From Kudoa neothunni (taxonomy: Eukaryota > Animalia > Cnidaria): a stretch of DNA of 64,000 nucleotides. The notes beneath the pieces are model-generated. The model was not told where the DNA came from, did not search any database, and was given only the letters and a program-made list of their open reading frames with translations. This document shows, in pieces, positions 1 through 13,219 of the stretch. A program made the translations under genes and the position numbers. The stretch's first letter is position 1. Every line of letters begins with the position of its first letter. Location of the stretch: the NCBI GenBank assembly GCA_964304625.1, contig OZ199838.1:2043129-2107128 (forward strand), read 5' to 3'.

Positions 1-84
1 TCTATATGTGTTCGAACTCAAAACTGTTTCTGATTCAAAATTATTGGGTCTAGCCCCAATTTGTACGAACTCCGAGGTTGCACT
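1..84. mobile_element. Terminal fragment of a pogo/Tigger-like DNA transposon or MITE (cut by the window edge)
   Basis: The reverse complement of the end reads TAGTGCAACCTCGGAGTTCG, next to a TA. A related terminus CGGTGCAGCCTCGGAGTTCTAACACACATAG occurs at ~25315. Confidence 0.4.
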
Positions 85-1459
85 ATAATTAAATTCATAA
101 GAACCAATATAATTCAGTAAGATTAGCAACTAGTGTGGACTGCCAAAATCTCTTACATTAGATAAATCTCTTAAGTAAGTTCACTCCGTATAAGATCAGA
201 TTGAGACGTTAGAAATGGCACTCGGGTTGTCTAAAAAATTATCTTAACCCATGGGTTCTCAACGGTGTTTTCAAATTTACCTCCTTAACTTGAAAGCCAA
301 ATTTATATCTACTTTAAAGCTTTATTAATGGTTTAGCTAAGTTAGAGGGTATTTTCAAGGTAAATTCTAATCCTAAAAGGGTGTGGTGTGCATGCTAGCG
401 TAATGACGATTTTTAAAACCGAGAAGCTTTTACTTACAATCTATCTAAAGAGTGAATTTTTATACTTTGGAAAATTAAATTATTTCTTTCCAACTTATTC
501 GCTTTTATGGACGAGAAAATAATTAAAAATACTCAAAATTAATGACACTTGAATACTATTTACCATGAAAAAAAGGAATTTTAAGTAGTATTATTACTAG
601 GCTACACAATTAAAGGATAAACGAGGCCTGAAAGAAAGAGACTGATAATAGCTTTATACAGTATTTCAAGATCCAAACGCAACTATGTAAGATCAAAGTT
701 TGTCAGTTATTTCATTTAATAAATATTCTGCACACTCGAGACGCAGCGCGTTCCTGTACTTCTAATTCGAAATCAAGTAGGAAGTCTGTAGTAATGGTAG
801 GAATCTACGACTTAACGTGGTCTTGCTTACAGCTGGGAGAGGGGCCTGGCGGAAGGGTAGATCTCGGGTGCTCATAAACGTCGGTGTGCAGCGATGAAAT
901 AAAACCCAGTAGGAAGTTTCCGTAGAACGGATGCCCGCATTCAGACAACTTTCTCGGACTAATTCTGAGTTAGTCCAGGTATGGTTACTCCAAAACGAGG
1001 ATGTTTAATGGGTTTAAATCCCACACAATCGCATAAAGTAAGTCGCCTTAATATGACGCTGCGGTGCCTAAAGCGTAAATGGAGAAGGTCTAACCAGCCC
1101 GAACTCCATAACCTATCAAGTTACGTGAAGGGTTTGACCTTGTAAACAAAAAAAACTCGTAAATTTTCCAATAAAAAAAAAATTCCCCCTTATTTTTTGG
1201 TAGCTATACAGAATATAATAGATTATAATAAATTATAGAAGTGTATCCTAATTTTATTCCAGAATATTGATATAAAATTGCTCCTGGAGTAGAAATCTAC
1301 GCCACTTCACTTGGAAGGTGTAAATTTTTCGATTGCTTGGAAAATTAATGTAATACCTAGCAAAATATTAATGAACCGTGAATTGAAAAAAATAAAGAAA
1401 TAAATCAGATTATGATTTTGCATATAACATAATTTTAAAGTTATTTAATAGGGTTTGGA

Positions 1460-1930
1460 TTAAACAGATTTATTTTTGAATAGCATTGGAAATGCGTGAA
1501 CATATTTTATGGCATCATTGTAGGTTTTCATGTCTACATAAGCAAGAGATAAAAACTGATTCGATGAAAATATCATTACTGAAATCGGACGAAACAAATG
1601 GGACCAATTTTTGAGCGGTAACCACATCCTTGCTTTCTACCCTGACGACGGCATGGAAAAAACATCCGTCACTTAAATCGTTATTCTAAAACAGATTAGA
1701 ATATTATTCCGAACCTGCAATAACCTGTTCGTAAAGTTTAACGGTGATCTCTCCATCATCAGCCATGAGAGCTTTCACCTCCATTCTATTTGGTAACACC
1801 TAAATAAAAATTATTTCCCCAATAACATACAATTGGACTATATATGCACCTGCTTAACTTTTCCTATCATGGACACTACTTTTCCGACGGAAGAGGAAAG
1901 TAGCGGGGAGTTAACATGTGCAAATTCCAT
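1460..1930 (-). CDS. RPA3: Replication protein A 14 kDa subunit (4 exons)
   Basis: Manual splicing of 3 short GT-AG introns gives MEFAHVNSPLLSSSVGKVVSMIGKVKQ/VLPNRMEVKALMADDGEITVKLYEQ/NNDLSDGCFFHAVVRVESKDVVTAQKLVPFVSSDF/NMKTYNDAIKYVHAFPMLFKNKSV*. This fits the RPA14 pattern (human [22 protein letters not shown] ... [20 protein letters not shown]) in both length and motifs. Confidence 0.85.
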
Positions 1931-2564
1931 TTTGTTGGCCGGATAACGCGCACGCAACCAATATGATATTAAGGTATTTGTTGGAGCGTCATCTAAGTAA
2001 ACTTATTTCTAAATTACCAACAGAGAAAATAATAACGGATGAGGCGAGAATAAACCAAGCCACCCTCACTCAAGCGCAGGAGGGTACGCGTCATTATATA
2101 TTCCAGCACAAAAGATGGAGATATTCAGCAGTGTAGGTGGAGAGAGTGTATAGTGGTGTGAGTTAACTGTCAAATTTTAGTATTTTGTGTGGTATTTATG
2201 CGCTATTTCGAATGAATATCGAGCTGAGAAATTATATAAGTAACTTTGTGATGATAAATGGATTTGAAATTAATTTAAAAATTTAGTGGATAACAACATT
2301 GAGGATCCGTTGCTACATGGTGTGAAAAAATTCCGTTGAAAAATTTTTGATTCATAGTTTTTATATATAAAACTTTAAAAATGTGTGTTTTTTCAGCAGC
2401 GTGTGATTTGAAAGAATTTCGCATGATTGAGTGTTGAGTGTCGATTTTTGAGGGGTTGAGGAGAAGACGTAAGTAATCAATTGGTTGATTTTTGTAACAC
2501 CAAAAGCTCACCTCTTCTATATTTGAACAGTTACAATCATACTCAATGTTAGTATACGTAGATT

Positions 2565-3820
2565 TTAGGAATCGTTATCAAAATATACGTTGATCAGAGG
2601 AAGTAGCAGAGGTAGGCTTGTGGAGATCCATCGATTTGGGTATTGAAGAAGAACATTGTAGAATTGACGATTTCTTGTGGGGGCTCTTTCCGATTGAAGA
2701 TAGCATACTGCAATGGTTTTGTTGAATTGTTCATCACGAGCATTGATCGTTAAATTGATTGTGCTGCAGTTGAAGTTGCTTAGTCGATAATTGAACTGAA
2801 AGGTTTCATTGAAGAAGGGGTTTTTAGTGCGAAAGCGTTGGCTGGTTTTTGAAGAATAAATCAGTTTGCCTTCGCAGCTCACATTAACGTAACATCTTAT
2901 TGCTAGATAAGATTAAGTTATAGTTTAATAAAGATGTGTATGTCGAGCACGTCCTCACTGATGACTGATGAAACCTACCGTAGTTTGTGAGTCCACTCAC
3001 GCTTAGATTTTTACATCGTACCACACAAAGAAATAGTTTTTCTAATATTGGGTTGTATTTGGCAGCAAGCACTATATTTCCTTGATCGCTGGAAAGGGTT
3101 CGCAATATAATCCGACTAAAGTTTTTCTGGTCAATCTCCAACGCGGGACACATCATCAACGACACTTTATGAAAATCTGATTGATCCCAATTGAAATCCA
3201 ATGGTGAGAGCTGATTCTCACTAACAATCTGCAATTGAGAAGACTCGCTGTAATTGAGAATTTGCATTAGAATAGATCTTCCCAGAAGATTGTATATGTC
3301 TACGTTGGCAAAGGTGATAGTGATTGCATCGCTGTAGTTTTTGGTGGTCAATAAAACCTAAAATTTATAGCCATAATATCACTTAATACATTGCTCAACA
3401 AATATGAAAACATCAAATCAATTAATCAAATCAAATCAAATACATTGGACTCAAAGGTTGTGAAAGCATCCGGTAGAAGTGTCACCTTAAGATACGGCTT
3501 TAAATTTCGAATAACAATGGGTGCTATTTCAAATATTTCTTTTACGATAATAGATAAACCTTGAGTTTTGGTTACTTCGAATTGTGCAGTAAGATTGGCT
3601 ACATAATAAAACAAATGATCGAACAACTGATAATATGGTTTGGGAAGGCACTTATTTGAAAATTGAATTGAGGTTTGTTTTTAACGTAGGTTTCAGATGG
3701 TTGCAGTGAGGAGAATAAATCGGTAGATTTTTGCTGGATTTTCTCTCCACTACCAACTCTCTCCAACATATTGTCTATCATTTGGATAGATTTTTTAATC
3801 CATTCCTTGTCGAACGACAT
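2565..3820 (-). CDS. Tandem C2-domain (synaptotagmin-like) protein, multi-exon, no N-terminal TM seen
   Basis: C2A-like segment GLSIIVKEIFEI...KPYLKVTLLPD. C2B-like segment GNIVLAAKYNPILEKLFLCVVRCKNL...YVNV...KTSQRFRTKNPFFNETFQF. The start is assumed at MSFDKEW (3820), and exon joins are approximate. Confidence 0.7.
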
Positions 3821-4150
3821 TTTGTTGGTATTCAAATAAACACATTTAGGTGTCAAATTGCCGTATTCTCCTTGACGACCGCCACGACAATCAATAAAGT
3901 GAAACAATAATATCGACTTTGCAAAAAATATATAAATAAATTTTTGATTCAAACTTTCTCAATTATCTTAAAGATAAAATACTTTCAATTGATAGTGATG
4001 ATATGAGATCCAATTCCTGATAATATTTTTAATTATTAAAGATGCATATTACTGGTCTATCAGTGGGATTTTATTTAAACCCCTATCTAATAGATAGCAG
4101 TAATATCGATCTGACAACATATTTTTGAGTGTAGGACTTGGGGGGTCGAA

Positions 4151-7100
4151 ATGATTGTTTTTATCATAACTGGTTCATTAATACTTTTGGAGGGGTGATT
4201 TATTAGGACTTTTAGCGAAATTGCTTGCAAGCGTAGAGACAGATTATCTCTTGGTTAATGTGTTAGAAAACTCTAACAAAGCCTATTCCTATGATAGTTA
4301 CAAACTGAATTTGATAACCAATAACGAAAATACTTATATGGGGAATTATTCATTATCCATACCTATCAATAACCAAACCCAACTTAACCAGAGTGCTTGC
4401 TCTTTCTGTCACCCCTATTTTAACTCCACTGTTTTTGAGTTTTCTGAGGTAAAATTTTAAGAATCAGTTTTCGTTTAATATTCTTTCTTAAGAGCATGAA
4501 GTTGCAAATCGCTCCCATATATTCGGAACCTTCGACTACTACCTCTCTAATTTTTGAAATTCAATACGCCGATCTGAAACCTCAACTGTCATTAATTAGG
4601 AACCATTTCGTCAATTTTCTCTTCCAGAAATGTAGCTCATCACAAATTGAACATTACCTTGATCTGATGAGCAAGTCTACAGACAGGTGCACACTGAACA
4701 ACGATCCCAATGGATGTCAATTGTTGGATATTATTATGGTGCATTTGAAAGTTGAATTCATTATAATTTTTTCTATATTTATTTAGAAAAAGCAACAAAA
4801 ATATAATTTGTTCAATCTAGATGATAAACTGATGAAAAATACGTATTTTTCTGTGGGTATGGATAGAAATGGGTTTCTATTGGAAGAATTTTTTGTAAAC
4901 CATCGAATTAAATTTATGTCCTCAATGGATTCAACTTTTAGAAGCTATGTATTTGATACATTCAACTTACCAGCTATTTATATCTTATGTAGAAAAGAGA
5001 AGTTGAGAGTGTCGATATTAAGCCACTAGATTCTAACCCATCGGTCTCCTCCCACCAATTAATTCTGGGCTTCGACCCATACAAAGACCAAGACTACGAC
5101 TCATCATGGTCTCATTGTGAGGGTGATTTGAAATTATATCTGCCGAAAAATAGGACTTCGCCCACTCATTTAGAAAAAATTCGAGTAATCTTATTACAAT
5201 TACTAAAATTTAAATTCGCGTAGCTACGTTACAAAAACTCTGTTACTACTGTACAAGTGTGGATATTTGTAAAAATTGAACAAGTTAATTTTCGGTTCAT
5301 TTACTATCGTGCCTGTGTCATAAAATTGAATACGAAAAATTGCCTCGATTATTCAATGAAAAGACTTTATCCATACCAGCTGAAGATAAATTCTAACAAC
5401 TTTCAGATCTATAGCACTTTGATTACTGATTCAGTAAGGTTGATTTTTTGAGAGGACATGGGCATGAAGAGGGTCGAATCTATAAAATTTTTTAAAAGTA
5501 AAACCAACCTATACAATTTCTTATAGGTCTTAAATATTTAGTTAAACTATCAAAAATGTTTAATTTATTTATGATTATATTTTAAAAGTATAATTTTGAA
5601 ATACCGCCAATTATAAATAGGCTGCGGCTATTTTTAAGATAAAGGATACCTCCTGGGATAATTGTGATATTAAATAATTGATTTGGGAAATGTGTACATC
5701 AATTTTTTAATGTCCATTAATACAAATTTTGTTGAGTTATTTTTTCATAACAAATTATTAATTGATTTAAGCTTTATTATTAATTATATTATTTAAATTC
5801 GTATAAATATAAACATATTCTTGATAAAAGATCGAAGTGGAGTTTTGTTTGATGGTGAGAATGATTTAGTTGTGCGTATTGTATTAATTGGATTTGAGAA
5901 ATGTTTGTTTCCGTCCGAGCTTATTTAACGGATTAATTGGTTTGACTAGTTGATTTGAAAAATAGAAACTACTACAAAGAAGATAAAAATAATATTAAAA
6001 AAATTTTTATTCCGTACAATTTATCGGAAAATGTGTATTTCATATTTTTCGACGTTATTATCCAAATTATTTTATTCGGGAATACTAATAAACATATTTT
6101 CAAAAATTGACTACAAATTTAAATCTGATTTAAATTCCCCGCTTTAATTCTGGCATTGATAATATGTGTTCTATATTATTTGAAAATACTAGATTTTGAT
6201 TTCAATTTTTTTATAAAACGTTATGCGACCACAATTTAAATTGAACTTTTTTCTTTATGGTAAATAAAAAAATTAAGAAGCGCTGATTCCTTTTAGGTGG
6301 TTCGAGAAATGAGCATTGAACTAAGCTTTTATCATACTAACAAAGATACGTTGCATGAATCGAAAATTCAAATAAAAAAATACATGGAAACATTTGGAAG
6401 CTCGGGATCAAAAATTCACACGATCAAAATAAGGAATATTACTGCTATTTTAGGGGTAGAATTTTGTGATTATCTTCTCGCTCAACCAAACGTTATGTAC
6501 CCTGTGTCTAGATGTGTCGCTAGTGTATTACATTTAATCTTTTTGCTATACTTGACTTTGTGTCTTCAGATTTGCAAAGATTTTGATATTTTTCTGGTGT
6601 TATTTAAACCGAATATTCCATTTACGTCAATTACAGTGTGTTTCGACAGAAAATATGCCAGCACTCCTTGCAATTTTTACCGGAACCAATTCAGCTACAC
6701 TCATTTCAGCAAGGAGCTTATTAGTTTGAGACTGAATTTTTCCAATTTAACGTTCACTTTGGTAAAAATTATTTACACCACAATTAGATTTAATGTATGA
6801 TTAATAGCCATTGATAGTTTCTCTCTATTTGGACGATAGTTACACTATTATAGTTATCAACGAATGTGCAGTTGGAAAATTGCTGACTATTCCAAATGCT
6901 GCTCCGTATCCATTATCTTTTATAACTTCTAAATTCTCTCAAAAGTACAAAATATTCCCACAGCATACATATGCCTTATATTTTTCTCGAAAAGGTATAT
7001 TTCCACATAAATTTTAGGAATTATTCCAACAAGACCTCAAACATGACTTATGGTATCAAACCTGATTCAACACTTTGGTGCAATAAAGTGAGAATAAGAG

Positions 7101-7732
7101 AAATATCCCTTAAAAATATTATTTATGAATTTATAGTTACTAAAAATATTCGTAATGCTGAATGAGAAAACGCTTGGGAAGTCTTTTGTAGAACTAAAAA
7201 TCATGTTTAAATCCACTATGTACAATCTAACTGATGAGGACTGTTTGGAAGAGTTGATATCTCAGAAACGACCGGATAAAAATGATGCCGCAATCAGTTC
7301 AATGTCTCAATTCAGTTTTGGGTTATACTTTCGTTTCAAAGATATGAGTCCTTTTTTGATAAGCAGTGTTAACAACAATATCCCTTCCTCTCGTGAACAA
7401 CCACACACATATGTATACTCCCATTTTTACTTCAAGCGCTACGATATCCATGTATTCTATTTCCACTGTAATATATAATAAATTCTAGTTATTTATTAAT
7501 TAATTAAAAAAAGCAAATAGTAACGCTCCATACAGAGTTACAAAAATGTACATGAGAAAGGAAGTCCTCATATCAGTCGTCATTTCAATGGTGTTAACGA
7601 TTTCAACTATCACAACTATTGGTAATATTTGATAATTACTTTTTTAACTTCTTTAAAGCTGCATTTTGGATTATTGAGAAAAAGAAATCAATCAGAATAT
7701 TTCGACCCTCCAAATTAAAAAACAAAAAATAA
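4151..7732 (+). CDS. Orphan type-I transmembrane glycoprotein (multi-exon; joining of the two halves is inferred)
   Basis: The spliced N-terminus MIVFIITG/LLAKLLASVET looks like a signal peptide. ORF-track fragments 4221-5451 and 6297-7478 are exons. A phase-0 donor (TDS|gtaagg, ~5434) is compatible with the acceptor before VVREM (6297). The C-terminal exons encode EVLISVVISMVLTISTITTIAAFWII (TM) plus EKKKSIRIFRPSKLKNKK*. Many N-x-S/T sequons are present. Confidence 0.55.
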
Positions 7733-8353
7733 CAAATATATTTAATTCAAATTTTTATTTAATTCAATATTTTTGCAATTTCTCATAAAAAATATAAAAT
7801 TCTCGTAAGGTTTGGATTGAGGCGTGGAACGAAATAGGATCTTCACGGATAGTAATAGGATTATTGAATGACTAATCAGGGTGTAGTTGGAATCGCGAAA
7901 TTGGTCGAGGGTTTTAGGTGATCCCAAGAAATCACCGTTGTCTATTTATTACCTCATTTTTGAGTTTACCTTATTATTATAATGATTCGAAATAATTTAT
8001 AGGTTCTTGTTTTTCAAAGTCGATGGGAAAACTTAATACACGGCGTTTTCTTAAATGGAGGTCAAATTCGATGACCAAATATTTTTATTGGACTATTTTG
8101 GAAGAATAAAACAAAATACGTTGAATTTTTATGTTTTGAAAAATATTTGTTTTTAAAACTTTGCCAAATAGGTTTGTTTAGTTTTTATTTATTTAAAAAA
8201 TTGTGAAACTAACAATTCATACACTATGTATGTGGATGTGAAATAAATAATAACTTCGGTTCCGAGATATTTTGAATTACGTTAGACTATTTTGACAAAC
8301 AGGTCAAGCATTATCAGCGTTTAAAGAATAGAATCGTTTGGCAAGTTTATAAA

Positions 8354-9394
8354 ATGGAACTCAGAGCATTCAAGGTTATATTGGTGTTTGGTTGTTGGGT
8401 ACAATCGTTAGTCGCATCCCCTTATGTGCAAATGATAACAGTCAGGTATTCGATTTGAAAAGGGCCAAATTATCATAGCTGTTTAAAAATGAAATAGTGA
8501 ATGGCTACGTGAAGTGGATTCAAATCACGACAATAAATTGAGTCGAGGTGAAGTGTTTGACGCTCTAAAGAAACATCACGACGAACACCTCGATCGAATC
8601 GATATGGTTCATCGTTGGCAAACACCTGATTGGGTGAACAATGAGGTTGATCTCACCGGTTGGAATTTGGCCACATTTTTGAGCTATCGACAAAATCACT
8701 CCACAAGTATTCATACGTTCAACTAGTTAATATCAAGCCACTCAATCTATAGAGCCAACAGACCCTAAACACATACAACATGAAATTGATATCTTTAAAA
8801 AGGCAGACACCAACAATGATGGAATTTTAGAGAAAGAAGAATATGTAAATTTGTTGAAAGGTTACGGTGACGACGAGTTAAAAGAAAAAATTGCCGCTCT
8901 TGAATTTGCCAAGGCCGACAACAACAAAGATGAAAAAATCAGCTATACTGAACTCATAAAGCGTAATATTTTTTCCGCTCTTTATACATGCATAAATAAA
9001 GAAAATTCTAACAACATATGTTAACGATAAATGTTGTTTAGATTTAAAACCCAAATCCGATTTCCATGAAGAAAACCTAGCCCACATTTTTGAAACGGTT
9101 GACACCAATCATGACAAATATTTAAACAAAGTAAATCTATAGCAATTACAAATATTTTAAAGATCTAATACGATACAATATTTATAGAGTGAATTACTCG
9201 AATTGCACAACCAACTCCTAGAAGACCATCTCCACGTTGATGTAGACCACTTCATGGAAAACGTTGACGATAACCATGATACCTACCTATCATTGGAAGA
9301 GCTTAGAAAGCACCTCGATGATATAACCAACTTCTGGACTCGAAGCGACGATGATGAAAAACTATTCCACTTTATCCGTGAAGATGAACTCTAG
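8354..9394 (+). CDS. CREC-family (calumenin/reticulocalbin-like) multi-EF-hand ER-lumen Ca2+-binding protein
   Basis: Signal-like N-terminus MELRAFKVILVFGCWVQSLVAS. EF-hand loops DSNHDNKLSRGE, DTNNDGILEKEE, DNNKDEKISYTE, DTNHDKYLNK.E and DDNHDTYLSLEE. C-terminal ER-retrieval motif EDEL*. Four short introns. Confidence 0.85.
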
Positions 9395-12195
9395 TTGGAC
9401 TATCAGCCTATTCATTAGTCAAAAATATATTCACTTTATTCGATAGCTAGACTGATTACTGACGTCTGTGAACGTGATATGATTGTTAATGATATTCTTT
9501 ACTTTGGTTGTGTGTCGAAAGTGTGTTTGTTTTTGATTGAGAACGCTGGAATAATGATGAGATTTAATTTTGACACAGTATCACAATATATGGATTGATG
9601 AATTTTTTAAATCTAATAGATTTTAAATTGCTTTACACAATGGTGTTTTTTCACGTAATTATTACAGCCTCCCCGTACTAAAGTCGGCGGTCCCTTTAAG
9701 CCCTATTAAAAAAACCACGCTAATTTCACACCTAATGTTGGTTTTGGAAATAAAACGACAAAAATAACCTTACTGAAAAAGCTTTTTTATTATTGTGCCA
9801 TTTTTTAAATTTATCTATGAAATCTTGAATTTTATTCAACTTAGATTTATCGATTTAATTTCTCTTCAACAATTTAAATAAAATAAATATATACATACGC
9901 ACACATTATTCTGCCTATAATGCTATCAAGTGTAATATGTATTTTTTATTGGTCCTATTTTTAAGTAAGATATTTAATAATTTGAACATGTAAATATTTC
10001 TTATTTTATTTTGATATTTAACTAACAGTTACTTACTAAACATATGAGAAAGAATGTCTTAATACCGACGACTAACTAGCTTCATCCACTAAAACAAATA
10101 AAATAAAAAGATTAAGGAATCTATAATCTTCTTCTTCAAAAGTAATCATCAAAATAGTGCTATATAATTTTTTCTATTTCACGACTTTATTCTCTACGTT
10201 TTTCGATATGTAATTCAAAATGCGACACTTAACTAATTAATAGAAGATTCAAAAGTTGCAATTAAATTGCAGTGGAACCAACGAATGAAGTGCGAAACAC
10301 AGTTTAAATTTAGACATATATATATTTATTGAGTTGAGTTGAGTTGATTCTCACACCTTCAATGAGAATGTTCCGCATCCTTCACCGCTTATGAGAACAA
10401 CACTGCATTCCTTCCCAAAAAAGAAATTATTAAACGAATATATTAGTAGATGGAGAAACCTTTTTACTGAGATTACACGAAGAAACAAAATGACGTACTT
10501 TAACTATAAAAATTTTTAATGATAATCCATAAATAAAGCAGATACGTAATATTTTAGCATAAAATAACTAATTTAAAATTCCGCGCAAGCGGGAATATTG
10601 GATATCGCAGAATTTTTGATTTAATTATAAATTTAAACCTTTAATGAATAAATTAAGATATAAACAAATCTTAATTGAAAAGTTTTAGTTTTTAAATTTT
10701 TTTGGTGCAATTTATTTTTAACCTGAAGCAAAAAAAATTAAAATAAATCAACAAAATTAAAAAATTCTATTTGAACGTTAATTAAAATTCAATTTTCAGT
10801 TGATCTTAGATTAAATTAACAAATTTTCGATACAATTTTTAAGGATTTAGTTGATTTTAAAATATTCATTTTTTTTTATTTTTTCTAATTAATATTATTT
10901 ACAGCATGTTATTGAGCAGCAATGACAATAATCTCAGATTTCAGGCAAATGGAGTAAATTCGTCCAATTTTTTTCAAATGTCATCCTATGTATTATTTTT
11001 TCAATCTTGATAATCGAATTATAATAAAATAGCAAAACAATGTTTCAAAAGTAAAAAATATCGCATAATCCACTAAAATGCAAATATAATCGTAGTTGCC
11101 GTCTTTACAAAAAATCTTCGAATAAATGATTTTATAATTGGCGCAACTGTTTATTTAAAATTAAATTATACGCTTTAGAAGCTCATTAATGGCTAGTTTG
11201 AGGTATATTTTCTAATAATTTATACTTCAAACTCAGAGAATCCAATAACTTAAGCCAACGAGAAAATGGCGAAATTATATGGATGTATATACATTTTCGA
11301 ACCGAGACTAGTATTTTGGAATCTTTTCATTATTGGAAGCAACGCATAGTCTTATCATGGCCGCGGATCATTTTTAAATTATTGCAAAACGTGTTGGAAA
11401 CTTGAATGCTTAAATTCAAGGAACAAACGTTGATGTTGATAGTATCCGATGCTAAGCTGTCATTACAAGTAGTTATTAATACGTGTTAATTCTAGTTAAT
11501 ACCTACATAAATTAAAATTAAATAATAAATGATCCACTCGACAAAGTTTTTTTTAACTTTTGAATAGTCGTGCACAAAGATAAAACCTCATCTAGGTAGA
11601 GTTTTTTTGTTTTATTCAAACACCAAACAAAGAGCTGTAACACAATTACTTAAAATTAAAACATGAAGAGTCGGTAAATCTTCAGTTCTAAAAACAGGAT
11701 TGATAAATTACGAATTAGGATCTAGTCGTGATTGTGTGAATGGTAAAGGATATTGGATCCGTTCGAAAGAACACAGATATACAAGTAATAGCTCATTTTG
11801 GATATTAATTGATCTTTATTATCACCTTAGAAATTGTATGAGTATTAATTTTCCAATTTTAATGAAAAGATATGTCCAAATATCATTTCTTTAATTGGGA
11901 CCTAATTCAAGGGACAAATATTCTTATTATGTTGCTGTTGGAGGATTAAATAAAGAAATCGCAATATCTATGCAAGGAAAATTATTTACTTTTAAAATTT
12001 ATTATAATATAATTTGAATGGTTTATATCCACAAACTCTCGAAACCATACAATAAAACAATATGTACGTGGAAATTAAATAAAGAATAATAGCTTTGGTT
12101 CGGTGATATTTTGAACTGCGTTAGATTACGTTAATAAAAACTTTCAGCATGATCATCCTTTGATTGTGCATATAATCTTTTGGAAACTATATAAA

Positions 12196-13219
12196 ATGAA
12201 GTTCAGTGTATTCAAAGTTTTAGTAGTGTTTGATTGTTTGATCCAATCATTATTAACCCAGTCTTTTGGGCGCGAATGATTACAGTCAAATATATGGTTT
12301 TAAAAAACCGAATTAACATAATTAATTAAAAAATAAAAAGATAATGGCTAAAAGAAATGACTAAAAGTTATGGCAATGAACTGAAACGACATGAAGTGCT
12401 TATTATTCTAATTAAAAATCATAAAATACGTCTCAATCAACTCTCTTCAATTCATTTTGGGGAATCAACATCTAGGTTGAATAATATCGATCACCGGTAT
12501 GGATGGGATTTGGCCACATTTTTGAGCCATCGAAAAAACCACTCCACAAGTATTCATACGTTCAACTAGTTAATATCAAGCCACTCAATCCATAGAGCCA
12601 ACAGACCCTAAACACACACAACATGAAATTGATATCTTTAAAAAGGCAGACACCAACAATGATGGAATTTTAGAGAAAGAAGAATATGTAAATTTGTTGA
12701 AAGGTTACGGTGACGACGAGTTAAAAGAAAAAATTGCCGCTCTTGAATTTGCCAAGGCCGACAACAACAAAGACGAAAAAATCAGCTATACTGAACTCAT
12801 AAAGCGTAATATTTTTTCCGCTCTTTAGACATGCATAAATAAAGAAAATTCTAACAACATATGTTAACGATAAATGTTGTTTAGATTTAAAACCAAGATC
12901 TGAATTCCATGAAGCACAGCTGTCTTCATTCTTTGGTATGGTCGACATCAACCATGACAAATATTTAAAAAAAGAAAATTTATTACAATGAAAAATATTT
13001 TAGAGGTTTAATAAAATATAATATTTACAGAAGGAATTTCTGTACATATCAACCGGAAGTTCTGCGATTCGTATTTACTCTGATGTAGAAGACATATTCA
13101 AACATGTTGACGACAACCGTGATAATAAGCTATCGTTGGAAGAGCTTGAAAGACACATCGATTATATCGAAAATTTGTGTAAAATAAGTGACGATTATGC
13201 AATAATGTTCCATTCATAA
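12196..13219 (+). pseudogene. Decayed duplicate of the CREC EF-hand gene
   Basis: Collinear with 8354-9394 including the upstream region. Exon 1 terminates early (MKFSVFKVLVVFDCLIQSLLTQSFGRE*). The first and last GT donors appear lost (aaagtaaat -> aaagaaaat). The 3' end reads IMFHS* with no xDEL motif. Confidence 0.75.
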
